Of a stretch of 64,000 nt of DNA, positions 40,987 to 54,897 are shown piece by piece (the first letter of the stretch is position 1; every line of letters begins with the position of its first letter). Source of the DNA: Eledone cirrhosa (taxonomy: Eukaryota); the NCBI GenBank assembly GCA_964016885.1, contig CAXHJY010000431.1:23233-87232 (forward strand). Direction: 5' to 3'. Made by a program: the position numbers and the translations under genes. A model generated the notes under the pieces. It worked only from the letters and a program-made list of their open reading frames with translations. It was not told where the DNA came from and made no database searches.

Positions 40987-42706
40987 ATGTATGTAAGAAT
41001 CTTCATACATATTCATCTCTGATTTAGTATTTAGATATATGTACTCATGTGTATATGTGTATCTCTTCTGTGTGCATATATGTACGTGGGACTGAGAAAT
41101 ATGTATGAGTGTGTGTATGTGTGTTTTCTTCTGAGTGTATGTGTCCGCCAGCGCGTGCTTACGTGCATAAAGTGCGTATAAAGAGTGTATATAAGCGCGT
41201 GCGACAGCACGTGTGTATGTGATCGCGTGAGCATGAGTGTGTATGAGTAAGTGTGAGAATGTGTTTGCATGTGTGATGAAGTGTGAGTATGTACGGTCAT
41301 AAGTATGTGTAAGTGGGAGCAATTGTATAAGTGTGTATGTGTGCGTGTGTATTTGTGAGCATGTGTTTGTGTATGTATGTGTATATATGTCTGTGTGTAT
41401 GTATGTGTATGTATGTGTATGTTGTGTAATAGTGTGTATGTGTGCATATGTTAGTGTTTATTTGTGCCTGTATTTGTGTGTATTTCTATGTGTATTTGTG
41501 TGTGTACGCGTGCGTGTGTATTTGTGAGCGCGTGTATTTGTGTATGTGCGTGTGTGTGTGTGTGTGTGTGTACGTGTATGAGTGTATATGTGCGTGTATG
41601 AGTGTGCATGTGCGTGTATGCGTGTGTATGTGCGCGCGCGTGTGTGTGTGTGTGTATGTGCGTGTGTGAGTGTGGATGTGCTTGTATGAGTGTGTATGTG
41701 CGTGTACGAGTGTGCATGTGCGTGTACGAGTGTGTATGTGCGTGTGTGTGTGTGGATGTGCGTGTGTGTATAAGTGCGTGTATGTGTATGAGTGTGTGTG
41801 TGTGTGTGTGTGCATATGTTTGAGTGTATGTGTGTGCGTATGTGTGTGTGCATGTGTTAGGGAATTCTTCGCCGACTAGTGAACATAACAGTAAGAACCG
41901 CCATACATATTCAGTTCTACTGAATTTTGGGATATCATTTTGGTTCGGCAGTGTTCCCGACAACAGATTTATCTGAACTACCTGTCAGAGGTCACCGATC
42001 GATGATGAGATGAATTTCTACTCCCCCTCCCATTGTCCCCAAAACCCTGCAATTTCTCTCTCTGTTTCTCCTACTCTATCTCCCTCTCTTCACCCCAAAT
42101 CTCTCTCTCTCTTTCTCTCCTACAGCATTAATTAGGACGTACTAATTGTTCAGGATAAACTAATTACCGGAGTGAAGGTATTACAAAATTATTTTTTACC
42201 ATAAGAGTTGTGTAATGATTATGTATATATTCTATGTGTTATATCCGTGATATCACAATGTATATATTCTATGTGTAATATCCGTGATATCACATGAAAA
42301 TGTTACAGAATGACATAGCTAGATATCTGCGTGTATGTGTGTTATCGGTGATATCATATGGAAATAAGATTATTTGTATATTCTGTGTTATATTCGTGAT
42401 ATCATATGGGAACGTTACAGATTGATATAGCTAGTTGTCTAATTGTACGGCGTGCTATCCGAGATATCACATGGAAATATTATAGAATGATATAGTTGGA
42501 TGTCAGCATGTATGTGTGTTATCTGTGATATCATATAGTCATATTATAGGAAGGTATGCGTGGGTGTGTATGTATGTACGTATGTAGGTATGTATGGATA
42601 TATACGGAAATGTGTGTATGTGTCTGTGCGGGTACATTCATCAGGCGGTAAATGTATCCCTTTAAACATCTATCATTATAAATGTATTCATCCACCTATG
42701 CATCTA

Positions 42707-42742
<36 letters not shown>

Positions 42743-42766
42743 GATCTATCTATCTATCTATCTATA

Positions 42767-43415
42767 GATGCGTGCGAGACGAAGAAACCGTCGCGCACGC
42801 ATTCATACAGTGCCCGGGCGTCACTGACCTGTGGGGCTATGTAGAACGACTATTGTCGCGGGTGGGACCAATCCGGTTGACCACCGAGTCCATTGTCATG
42901 ATCAAACCGCCACCCTCCTTCAAAAACGAAGGAGAGGCAGTTTTCCTTTGTGTGATAGCTATGGCGAAAGAGGTTGTATGGTGGACGAGGTTGAAAGGGC
43001 TGAGGTCAGACACCTTTCTCTCCGGCCAACAACTGGTTCTTTTTTTTCAAATACCATTTTGGAAGAAGAATCAGGATGGAGAGAGAGGTGCTGTACCCCA
43101 GCAAGTTTTATGAAAGGTGGGTGAAAGTGGCAAAGATGGCCCGGGTGGTTGGACCTTCTCTCTATATAAGCCTGTAGGTGGAGGAAAAACAGGAAGAGAG
43201 GAAGGGGGTACCCACTCTTCGTACTCCTGGAGATGAGGGTTGCACGTTTTTTCGGGGGTATGTGTTACCCATATGTAATGTCTCCCCCTATTGGAGAAAA
43301 TCGATTAATTTTTAAATTGCATTTGTGATAGTATTTTACACGTTTTTATTATATGTAAACTTCCTCCTTTGTATTTGTCCCCTTCTTTTGTGCCCCTGTG
43401 GCTAATAAAGAAACA
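42767..43415 (+). mobile_element. Tx1-like LINE 3' fragment
   Basis: RCVRDEETVAHAFIQCP zinc-knuckle plus 3' UTR; between (CTAT)n tracts. Confidence 0.85.
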
Positions 43416-43619
43416 TATCTATCTACCTATCTTTCTACCTATATGCCTGTCTCACTGTATGTCTATCCATTCATGGGAGCAGAGTGGTAGAATGATTCGT
43501 TCCCAGTAATCTTTTTCATGATTGTGTGTGTGTGTGTGTACGTTTCTGTATGTGAATATGCATGTACACACACACACATATGCGCGTACACCCACCCACA
43601 CACATATATATATATGCAT

Positions 43620-43652
<33 letters not shown>

Positions 43653-43798
43653 ATGTTTAATATAGAAATGGCTTCTACAGGACTAGAACTGTTTCATTCA
43701 AAAGAAATAATCGCCAATTCTATATTAAACATATTTACACTCTACTAATGTATTGAGTACTTTACTTACTGTGGTTACCTTTGATTGAACCCGGTATT

Positions 43799-43833
<35 letters not shown>

Positions 43834-44225
43834 CTTTGTGTGTGTGTGTGTGTGTGTCTGTATCTGCGTGCGTGTGTGTTTGTTTGTGTATTTGCTTGTT
43901 TGTACAATACTTTACATAATATACAGACTCTACGGGTTATTTTATCAATTATTATATAGTCTATATAGTTAGTTATATGCTAATTATAAACTCCTTGCCT
44001 AAGATGTTTTAGAATTATAGTTATCGCACAGTCATAACTCATTAACGAAATGAAATTTGGTTCAGAAGCATTTCTCAAGTCAAAATTTTCCTGGATTTAT
44101 TTATCTTCAGAAGAGATCTTACTGTTATTACTATCACAAATATACTTTCTTTTTGGTCTGTCAATCTGTTTGTCTGTCAGTTTGCCTATGTCTTCCAGTC
44201 TGTATATCTATCTGTCTATCTATCT

Positions 44226-45437
44226 ATGGAGCGCGCGCTCTTCCAATTCCTTTGGAAGAAACGGGCTCCTTTGGTGAGAAGATCCATCTGCTGCCAACAC
44301 CCTTCAGACGGAGGGCTGGGGGTGCCGTGGCTGACGATGCGCAAACACGCACTCAGGCTGCGGCACCTCCACGTATTCCTCACGAGACAACCGGTGTGGG
44401 CCCCGTTCGTGAAGCGAGCCTTCCCACGACTCGTCTCGCTGACCGAGCTGCAGTCCTGGGTCAAGCAAAGACCGAGGAAAATGGGCGACTGGCACATCGA
44501 ATGTGCTCAGGCGCTCACAGTCCTCTGGCAAACGGACCCGGCGATCAGTGGAGACTCCACTTCGACATTCTATAGAGGGTTGATCCGCAGCAAGTGCGAC
44601 GACACGCTCGGAGAAACTCTAGGCGTAGAGGAGGACGAACTGGCCAGTCTGTTCGATAGGACCTTCCGCCCGGGTCCAATGGACAACTTCCAAAAGTCCC
44701 TGGCCTGGCAGTGCTACCGAGGAGCTCTACCAGTTCGAGACAAGCTCTACAGACACCGATGCCCGGGTATGGACCCTTCGAAAAAGATCTGTCCGAGATG
44801 CGTGCGCGACGAGGAAACCGTCGCACACGCATTTGTACACTGCCCGGGCGTTACCGACCTGTGGGGCTATGTAGAACGACTATTGTCGCGGGTGGGACCA
44901 ATCCAGTTGACCACCGAGTCCATTGTCATGATCAAACCACCACCCTCCTTCAAAAACGAGGGAGAGGCGGTTTTCCTATGTGTTATGGCTATGGTGAAAG
45001 AGGTTAGATGGTGGACGAGGTTAAAAGGGCTGAGGTCAGACACCTTTCTCTCCGGTGAGCAACTGATTCGTTTTTTCAAATATCATTTTGGAAGAAGAAT
45101 CAGGATGGAGAGAGAGGTGCTGTACCCCTGCACATTTTATAAAAGGTGGGTGAATGTGACAAAGATGGCCCGAGTGGTTGGGCCTTCTCTCTATATAAGC
45201 CTGTAGGTTGAGGAGAAGGAGGAAGAGAGGAAGGGAGTACTCACTCTTGGTGCTCCTGGAGATGAGGGTTGTACATTTTTTCGGGGTGTGTACAACCCCT
45301 GTGTAACACCTACCCCCTATTGGGGATTTCAATTGTCATTTGTTATTGTTTAATAGTTTTATTTTCATATACCTGTATGTAAATTCCCCATTTGTATTTG
45401 TCCCCTTCTTTTGTGCCCTTGTGGCTAATAAAGAAAT
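44226..45437 (+). mobile_element. Tx1-like LINE ORF2 3' part (zf-RVT-like)
   Basis: Uninterrupted 326-aa ORF with FLW..GGLG.P, W....ALP and CPRC...ET..H.F..C motifs; flanked by (CTAT)n. Confidence 0.88.
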
Positions 45438-45488
<51 letters not shown>

Positions 45489-45491
45489 CCT

Positions 45492-46612
45492 AGTGAATGG
45501 GCCTTCTCTCTATATCAGCCTGTAGGTTGAGGAAAAGGAGGAGGAGAGGAAAGGAGTAAAAACTCTTCGTACTCCTGGAGATGAGGGTTGCACATTTTTT
45601 CCGGGGTATGTGTTACCCATATGAACTGTCTCCCCCTATTGGGGAAAATCGACTATTTTTTTTAAATGACCGAGGAAAATGGGCGACTGGCACATCGGAT
45701 GTGCTCAGGCGCTCACAGACCTCTGGCAGGCAACCTGGCGATCAGTGGAACTCCACTTCGCCATTCTATAGAGGGTTGATCCGCAGCAAGTGCGACGACG
45801 CGCTCGGAGAAACTCTAGGCGTAGAGGAAGATGAACTGGCCAGTCTGTTCGGTAGGACCTTCCGCCCGGGACCGATGGACAACTTCCAAAAGTCCCTGGC
45901 CTGGCAGTGCTACCGAGGAGCTCTACCAGTTCGAGACAAGCTCTACAGACATGGGCGCCCGGGCAGGGACCCTGCAAAAAAGATCTGTCCGAGGTGCGTG
46001 CGAGACGAAGAAACGGTCGCGCACGCATTCATACACTGCCCAGACGTCACTGACCTGTGGGGCTATGTAGAACGACCATTTTCGCGGGTGGAACCAATCC
46101 GGTTGACCACCGAGTCCATTGTCATGATCAAACCGCCACCCTCCTTCAAAAACGAAGGAGAGGCGGTTTTCCTTTGTGTGATAGCTATGGCGAAAGAGGT
46201 TGTATGGTGGACAAGGTTGAAAGGGCTGAGGTCAGACACCTTTCTCTCCGGCCAACAACTGATTCTTTTTTTCAAATACCACTTTGGAAGACGAATCAGG
46301 ATGGAGAGAGAGGTGCTGTACCCCAGCAAGTTTTATGAAAGGTGGGTGAAAGTGGCGAGAATGGCCCGAGTGAATGGGCCTTCTCTCTATATCAGCCTGT
46401 AGGTTGAGGAAAAAGAGGAAGAGAGGAAAGGGGTACAAACTCTTCGTACTCCTGGAGATGAGGGTTGCACATTTTTTCGGGGGTATGTGAAACTGTCTCC
46501 CCCTATTGGGGAAAATCGACTAATTTTTTAAAATTGCATTTGTGATATTATTTTACACGTTTTTATTGTATTTGTCCCCTTCTTTTGTGCCCCTGTGGCT
46601 AATAAAGAAACA
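45492..46612 (+). mobile_element. Tx1-like LINE, two fused fragments
   Basis: Short 3' piece 45492-45665 joined to an internal-to-3' copy 45668-46612; ends in CTAT repeats. Confidence 0.85.
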
Positions 46613-46929
46613 TATCTATCTATCTCTTCCTCCTCGCTACACAAACACACACGTTTATGTATGCGTGTATATATGTAACCCTCACACACACACACAGACA
46701 CATTGTGTTTATGTATGCAAATAAACACACTCAGACGCCGGTACGCATAGAAACCCACACGCACGTACATATGCACACACACACACACACACAGAGAAAC
46801 ACGCACACACACACACGCACAAACACATTAGTATACTAAGACTAATTATTGTTTCTCAACCGAGAAGACTAATTATTAATGGTATCGCACGTTTGGTATT
46901 TTCCAGTATCTATTGATTGTTAACATGGC

Positions 46930-47520
46930 GGGCTTTGGTCGAGTGGGACTTGGCTAAGTGGGACTTGGTTGAGTGGGACTTGGTTGCGTGGGGTTTGGTA
47001 GAGTGGAGTTTGGTTGAGTGGGATTGGTTCAATGAGGATTGTTTAAGTGGGACTTGGTTAAGTGGGGTTTTATTGAGTGAGGTTTGGTAGAGTGGGATTT
47101 AGTTGATAGGGTTTGGTTGAGTGGGGTTTAGTTGAGTGGAGTTTGGTTGAGTGGGCTTTCAGTGAAGGGAATTTGAGGTGAGCTTTAGAACACAGCAGAT
47201 TTTAACATAGGGGTAAGGGTACAGAATTTGGTTGAGGTGAGCTTTAGAACACAGCAGATTTTAACATAGGGGTAAGGGTACAGAATTTGGTTGAGGTGAG
47301 CTTTAGAACACAGTAGATTTTAACATAGGGGTAAGGAGCACACTGGTTGGTTGAGGGAGGCTTTAGAACACAGCAGATTTTAACTTAGGGGTAAGGGTAC
47401 AGAGTTTGGTTGAGGTGAGCTTTAGAACACAGTAGATTTTAACTTAGGGGTAAGGGTACAAAGTTTGGTAGAGGTGGGTTTCATTGAATGGAGTTTGAAC
47501 AGAATGGATTTTAACATATA
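46930..47520. repeat. Compound tandem repeat (15-bp and ~58-bp units)
   Basis: GGGACTTGGTTGAGT repeats, then about 5 copies of GAGGTGAGCTTTAGAACACAGCAGATTTTAACATAGGGGTAAGGGTACAGAATTTGGTT. Confidence 0.9.
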
Positions 47521-47576
47521 AACATTAGGGTATACAGTTTGTTTGGTGCTATTCTAGCGTCCGGTTTACAGTAATA

Positions 47577-47930
47577 TACTCACATGTCCCAAATAATTGT
47601 GGAGGGGGTCTGGAATAAGCGGGGCTGGAGATTGTTAAATCATTCATTTTTCTAGGTTGCCATTTAGTTTACATATTGAGACCCCAATCAATCCTATTTA
47701 TTTTAAAACGTATGTTTAAAAAAAATAGGATTTAATGTACGTTTTTGTCATTTATAATATTTTTTAATGTATAAAGAAAATTAATTGTCGCAGGAATGCT
47801 ACCATTTAAAATAAAATTTCGCCGGAGATAGATTAGCAACATTTAATAAACGAGGATGTTGGAATAACATCGGGCGGTGGGTGGAAAACATAAGTGAGAG
47901 GAGGGGGCGATTATTCAAGACCCGAGAATA
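47577..47930. mobile_element. Possible degenerate MITE
   Basis: Imperfect terminal inverted match: TACTCACATGTCCCAAATAATTG versus CGATTATTCAAGACCCGAGAATA. Confidence 0.4.
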
Positions 47931-48634
47931 CGTAGTTTACATTATGTAATGACTTGACCTGCCTACTAGGTTAGGGTTAGTTTTCCAGTTGAAGTAGATT
48001 ACACGCTGAATTGTAAATGTGCAGGTAGCCCGCAAGGTAAAGTATTATTGGCCAGGTAAACCACACCCTAAACTATAAAAGATCAAGAAGAATTACTGAG
48101 TGTATGCTAAATTCTCACCGTTTGTTAGAGCGGCGGGCTTGGGGTCTCATTTGATTGAATCAGTCCAGCATATGACAGATTCTTATTCCATAAATCTCCA
48201 TATGACAAAGTTGACAATGGGGACATTAACTCAGAACGAGTGTGAATATAACTAAGTCCAGGCAGGACATTTATTTTACTGTCGCAGAGTAGAGAAAGGA
48301 GAGAACATAATGGTGGTCTTAATGGAATTATCAATGTTGTATTGAGAAGGTATAGCAGAGGAGAGCAGAGAAGGTGAGATGGTATTACTGTTGAGAGGGG
48401 TAGGATAGAGCAAAGTAGTAGTTTATTCTGTCATTATAACAGTCTTATGAGGAAGGCTAGTTATATTCCTGACAGGCATTAAAGTAACCACTAACGTTAT
48501 TGCAGTTAATATTACCACCACCACCACCACAGTTACCACTATCGCAAACAACATCATCACAGTAACCTCCCCAGCCCCTTCAGATTACTGGCCTTGTGCC
48601 TAAAGTAGAAACAATTATGATTATTATTATTTAA

Positions 48635-49170
48635 AAAGGCGGTGGATTCGCAGTATCGGTAGAGTCGGACGCCATGCTTTACGGTCTGAGTTCAAATCCC
48701 GCCGAGGTTCACTTTGCCTTTCATCCTTACGGGGTCGATAAAATAGAGTACCAGTAATGTACTGGGTAATTGCTGGCCTTGTGCCAAAAGTAGAAACAGT
48801 TATTGCAGTTAATACCACCACCACCACCACCACCACCACCACCAATAACACCATCACCTCCACAGTTACCACTATCGCAAACAACATCATCACAGTAACC
48901 CCCCCCCCCCCAGCCCCTTCAGATTACTGGCCTTGTGTCTAAAGTAGAAACAATTATGATTATTATTATTTAAAAAGGCACTGGTGGTGGATTGGCAGTA
49001 TCGGTAGAGGGTCGGATGCCATGCTTTCCAGCATAGTTACGTCCCTTTACGATCTGAGTTCAAATCCCGCCGAGGTTGACTTTGCCTTTCATCCTTACGT
49101 GGTCGATAAAATAAAGTACCAGTAATACACTGGGTAATTGCTGGCCTTGTGCCAAAAGTAGAAACAATTA
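48635..49170 (+). mobile_element. Two SINE copies within a local duplication
   Basis: GGTGGATTGGCAGTATCGGTAGAG...GAGTTCAAATCCCGCCGAGG; further copies at 51575-52390, 57300-57490 and 59625-59925. Confidence 0.85.
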
Positions 49171-49319
49171 TTATTTAAAACTTCTTTTGAATTCTGCTCC
49201 TTTCGCCTACACCGAGTGTCAACCTGACACTCGAGGCGAAATTTGGTAATACACACATTTGACAATCAATTGTCATACAAATGATACCATAAAGACAGTA
49301 AATGTCTTTGCAAGGTATT

Positions 49320-50780
49320 TAACTTGATAAGGCCCTTCTCAGGTCATGGACTGTGCTGGCCAGTACTATTTCCTAGTTCTCTTGTAGAGATGGCTTTCCG
49401 GGTACTTATCTGGTCCTAATATTTTTCATTACCCTTTTTTTATCATTCCAAGTGCACAGACTATCACCACAGACTATCACCACAGACTATCACCACAGAC
49501 TATCACCACAGACTATCACCAGAGACTATCACCAGAGACTATCACCAGAGACTATCACCACAGGCTATCACCACAGACTATCACCACAGACTATCACCAG
49601 AGACTATCACCAGAGACTATCACCAGAGACTATCACCAGAGACTATCACCACAGACTATCACCACAGACTATCACCACAGACTATCACCACAGACTATCA
49701 CCACAGACTATCACCAGAGACTATCACCAGAGACTATCGCCAGAGACTATCACCAGAGACTATCACCACAGGCTATCACCACATACTATCACCACAGACT
49801 ATCACCGGTATTGTGCAAGCTTTACGATGCCACTTTTTCTCAATTTCAATTATTTTATATTTATATTTATATTTACTGAACTCTCTGAATTATTTCGAGA
49901 TGCTACGATCTGATGGAATGGCCATGCCAATTAAGAAGCACGTTTTCTTTTTATTGTCCTTCGTAATTATATCAGGTCTATTGGTGTTGATCGTGCTGTC
50001 GGTGTTCACAGGGAAATTCTATAAGATTATCGCATTCTCGCCTCTTGTTACTGCATCTGGGTAATGCTTGTACCATTTTCCCTCTGTTTTTTTTTATGCC
50101 ATAAAACCTGCATACTGCCCAGTGTAAATATTACCCTGCTCTATCATGCCTTGTTTTATATTCCTGGGGAGCGAATACTTTGTAGCCTGAAACCAGATAT
50201 CTGTAGGTTTGTTGCTGCTCTAGTTCCTTAATTATTGTAATCATATCTATTTCCATTGCGTTTGTGCCTGTCTTTTGCCTTTCTTGAATGTTGCTTTCCC
50301 GCATTTTTCTAATCCAAATGTCTTCCCTATATCATCGCTAAACACCTTAACTGTCTTCAACAGTTCTTCAATTCGCTGTCATTTTGGCATACAGCTTCAA
50401 GTCATCCATATAAAACAGATAATTTATGATTTTGTAGCCATATTTTGTTTTGTAGAGCGCTAGAGACAGTGGTATGAGTGCAATGCAAAATAGCATAAGA
50501 GAAAACGAATCACCTTAAAAAATACCACAGTTAATGCTTATGCTGCTCGAGTTTATCGTTCCATCACTGTGTGACAGTGATAGATCTGTATACCATACAG
50601 GCGTCGTATTTCAGGAAGTTTGATATTACTGGCGAAATTTTCAGAATATCTAAATTTTTCAAAATCCATGAGCGCGGAACACTATCAAATGCTTTTTTAT
50701 AGTAAACCCAAGCAGTATTCAAACTTCTGTGTTTATTATGACAGCTTTCCAGAAACATGCGGTTAATTGGAAGTTAGTCT
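49320..50780 (-). mobile_element. Degenerate R4/Dong-like LINE (RT plus REL), interrupted by a minisatellite
   Basis: Minus strand: AWVYYKKAFDSVPRSWI, YLFYMDDLKLYAK, FGLEKC and PDII..CFLI..AIP.D; related pieces at 51250-51560 (-) and 59350-59500 (+). Confidence 0.75.
49455..49808. repeat. 12-bp minisatellite (CAGACTATCACC-type)
   Basis: About 29 copies of (C/G)AGACTATCACCA. Confidence 0.95.
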
Positions 50781-50821
50781 TTGCAACCGTATGACCCACG
50801 GCGACAAAAAAGTGTATAATT

Positions 50822-50883
<62 letters not shown>

Positions 50884-53602
50884 ACACCCACACACACACA
50901 CCCACACCCACACACACACATACACACACACACCCACACACACACATACATACACACACAAACTTACACAATATATATCCACACACACATATATATGTGT
51001 GGATAGCCGTTGGCTCACATGATTTCCTCCGCCATTTGACTGGTTTTGGTTTTCGTCTCGCAGGATGTCTAATAATCATCCCCTTCACCAAGCTCGTTTG
51101 GTGAGGTTGTCAGTTTAGTTACCGACGACACAACCATGCGACAGGTTGTACTGGGTTATATGTTCCAAGTAGCGCTTGAGAGCGACCTGAGCATTGAGTT
51201 ACACAGACAGTATTTACAATGAGAAATATTTTCTAAATTTCTTCCATTTTTGGATTTCCTGAAATTTGAGATATGTAATAATCTGTCACTTTTGCTATCA
51301 TTCCTACGATCACGTCTTGACTTTCCACATTTTGCCAATTTCTATTGCAATATCTTTGTACTTGATCAATTTTGGTCGGTCTTGACAGATACATTTATAT
51401 CGATTGGGACAGCCATGTCAATAAGGAGGCTTACTTTTGTCTGAAATACTTTAATATAATGTCTAGTCTATTTACATTTATCTTCCCGTCAGTTTGAACA
51501 GAAAAGCTCCATAGAAGTGATATATGATTCTTTTCAAATACTGGAGGTGGTTTCTGTTCCCACCAATTATTATTATTTGGGGAGTTGACAGTATCGATAG
51601 AGCGTCGGACATGTTTTGCGGCACAGAGTTACGGCCCTTTACGTTCTGAGTTCAAATCCCACCGAGTTTAGCTTTGCTTTTCTTCCTTATGGGGTCGATA
51701 AATAAAGCACCAGCAATGCACTGGGTTCAATTTAATCGACTTTCCTTTCTCACCCAAATTACTGGCCTTTTGCCTATTGTAGAAATCATAATAATAATAA
51801 TTGTTTCTACTTTTGGCACAAGGCCAGCAATTACCCAGTGCATTACTGGTACTTTGTTTTATCGACTCCGTAAGGATAAAAGGCAAAGTTAACTTCGGCG
51901 GGATTTGAACTCAGAATAATAATAATAATAATAATTATTATTATTATAGGGCGGTGGATTGGCCGTGTCAGTAGAGCGTCGAACAACATGCTTCGTGGCA
52001 TAGAGTTACGGCCCTTTACTTTCTGAGTTCAAATCCCGCCGAGGTTAGCTTTACCTTTCATCCTTACGGGATCGACAAAAGTACCAGTAATGCACTGGGG
52101 TAGATTTAATCGATCTTCCCCTCCCCCAATATTGCTAACCTTGTGCCTAAATCAGAAACCATTACTTTAATTATGAAGTACGGTGGATTGGCAGAGTCTC
52201 AGACAAATGCTCAGCAGTATTTGTTCCGTCTCTTTACTTCCGTCTCTTTACTTCCTTCAAATGCCACCGAGGTTAACTTTGTGTTTCATTCTTCCGTGGT
52301 TGATAAAATAAAATACAAGTCAGGTACTAATGTCGATATGATCAACATCCCTTCCGCCACAATTACTGACCTTGTATTCAGAATAGAAACCATTGTTATT
52401 TTAATTATTATCAAGAAATGTTAATGTCACTATCTCTGTTACATTGCTGGCAATAAACATCGGTTAATTTCCTTCAGTCCCTTGTATGGAAATGTAAAAC
52501 AAGACATAGTCAGTGAAATGTGTCAATGAGATTATTTAAGTGATATTACGTGAATAATTACACAAGATAATGAAATGACTATAACGAGTGTACATTGGAC
52601 TATTATCAACGTGATGCAAATTTCCTACTTTACATCAATATAGTACTAATTAAATAGTAGTTGTAACATCGCCTCACTCTCAGGTAGACTCTGATTTTCA
52701 TTGTTCTTTAGAGTAAATGTAAAGTTTATGGCATAGTAGTTAGGGTGTTGGACTTGCGATAGTCGTGCAAGCTTATACATACATACGAATAAAAACACTC
52801 AAATATACACACTAATAACCACATAAACTCACTCAAATACACAGACACATAACATCCATAAACACACTCATACATAAACACGCACACACGTGTACACACA
52901 CACACACACACACACACACACGCGCGCGCACAAAAACACAAAAACACAGACAAACACGTATACACGCCTTTCAACCTTTTTTCTTTGAGGCTTTGCTCTA
53001 TCCCAATGAAGGACTAACGTCCGAAATGTAGAAACATTGTAGAAACATTGCTCCAGCATACATGACATCGTCAGGAGTCAAACCACAGTGCCAAATATAT
53101 CCAAGGAATTTATAAAGGCTCTTGATACCATGCGATGTAAGCTTAACTTGCCGCCTGCAAGTACAAAAAAAGAATGGGAGACACTGGTTAAGAAGATAGT
53201 TCAGAAATTGAATGTGCTCATAGGAACACAAGCTAGCCACATTCAGAGACATTGTTTATGCTATCTGCAAAGACACCAATGGAATAAGACCAAAATGAAA
53301 ACACCGCTTCGGAAATCCAGACGTCAGTGACAGATGTATAACATCCGGAGGAAAAAATGTCTTTTTAAGAAACAGATGAAGGTTGCCTCAGCATTTGAGA
53401 ACCAATGGCTAGAAAAGCTCGAGAAACCTGAAAGCAAGGTATAGCAGAAGTAACAAGGAAGAAAAGAAGTAGAAGAAAAAAGATATGAGATTGCAGTTCC
53501 TCAGTGAAATAACAACCCAACCAGGAACTGGGCATATCAGAGTGTTGACAAAGTTAAACACCTCAACAACATGTGTACTCGTCTCTACCACACTAATTCG
53601 GG

Positions 53603-53655
53603 CTGCCTGAAGAGGTCACAGCCAAAGATGGCTGTCACCGAAATATATATAGCAG
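53603..53655 (+). ncRNA. Type-I hammerhead ribozyme
   Basis: ctgc-CTGAAGA-ggtcacagcca aaga tggctgtcacc-GAAA-tatata-TA-gcag; ~55 nt before (TA)n. Confidence 0.85.
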
Positions 53656-53702
53656 TAATAAACGAAGCCAAATTTTAAATATTTGACTTATTTATTTTAG
53701 TT

Positions 53703-53750
<48 letters not shown>

Positions 53751-53752
<2 letters not shown>

Positions 53753-54104
53753 GATATTAAATAAATGGAAACTATATTTATAAAACCATATCTATTTCAT
53801 TATATATATTTCAGGGATATCATATTAACAATATGCTATGCCTTCCTCAGACAAAATACAATATAGACAGTTTTATAGATAAATAGATTTGACATACCGT
53901 TCAACATCGACTTGTATTTGAAAAGTTGATTTGGCAAATACAAGTCGATGTTGAACGCTATGTCAAATCTATTTATCTATAAAACTGTCTATATTGTATT
54001 TTGTCTGAGGAAGGCATAGCATATTGTTAATATGATATCCCTGAAATATATATAATGAAATAGATATGGTTTTATAAATATAGTTTCCATTTATTTAATA
54101 TCGT
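53751..54104. repeat. Palindrome (170-bp arms, 14-nt loop) with an HHR in each arm
   Basis: Loop at 53921-53934; arms nearly identical; the element is bounded by (TA)n. Confidence 0.9.
53997..54062 (+). ncRNA. Hammerhead ribozyme (mirror copy at 53793-53858, minus strand)
   Basis: tattttgt-CTGAGGA-aggcatagcatatt gtt aatatgatatccct-GAAA-tatata-TA-atgaaata. Confidence 0.78.
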
Positions 54105-54220
54105 AAATATACTTCAAATACTTGTTGAGTGCTTTTATATCAGTTATAAATATTTACTAGTTGTAACCCAACAATTTAAATATAACTTTCCATGTATATA
54201 TATATATATATATATATATA

Positions 54221-54314
54221 ACTGTTTCATTCGTACATATGAATGAAATATTCTAGTCCAATATATATATATATTGGGCTAGAATGTTTCATTCATATGT
54301 ACGAATGAAACAGT
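54221..54314. repeat. Nested palindrome built from an HHR 3' half, centred on (TA)n
   Basis: GAATGAAACAGTT(C/T)TAGTC motif shared with the HHR at 61595 and with 43670-43710. Confidence 0.75.
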
Positions 54315-54418
54315 TTTAGTCATGTAGAAGTCATTTCTATATTAAATATTGATATTTTCACTCTTCTAATGCATTAAGTACCTTATTTACTGTGGTTAAC
54401 CCCGATTTAACTCGGGAC

Positions 54419-54499
<81 letters not shown>

Positions 54500-54897
54500 C
54501 ATATATATATATATATATGAAATATCAGCGTCCCTATGTAAATGACCGTAATAAGAGTCGATCCCTATAAATAATAGTTAAGAAAATTGGGTACCACAGG
54601 ACTACTTTACTCGATTTTCTCAACTACTATTTATAGTGATCGACTATTATTATGGACATTTGAGTTAGGGCGTACACATTTCAAATTCGAATATATATGT
54701 ATAAATATATATATATATAATGGTTCATATACTAAACAAGTATTGCGCTACCTTAAGGCCAACATATGGTAGCAACTGTAGACTGTACACGGCAATGCTA
54801 AGTGTTGTTTCATGCATTCTGCGCAGCCCTGTACACTCACTACAGGTAGTGCAATACATATTAAGTATATGATCCCTAATAAATTAGCTCTTTTATA

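Noticed and set aside
48975-49080. tRNA gene
   Set aside because: A/B-box-like motifs belong to the SINE head; no cloverleaf, and many diverged copies.
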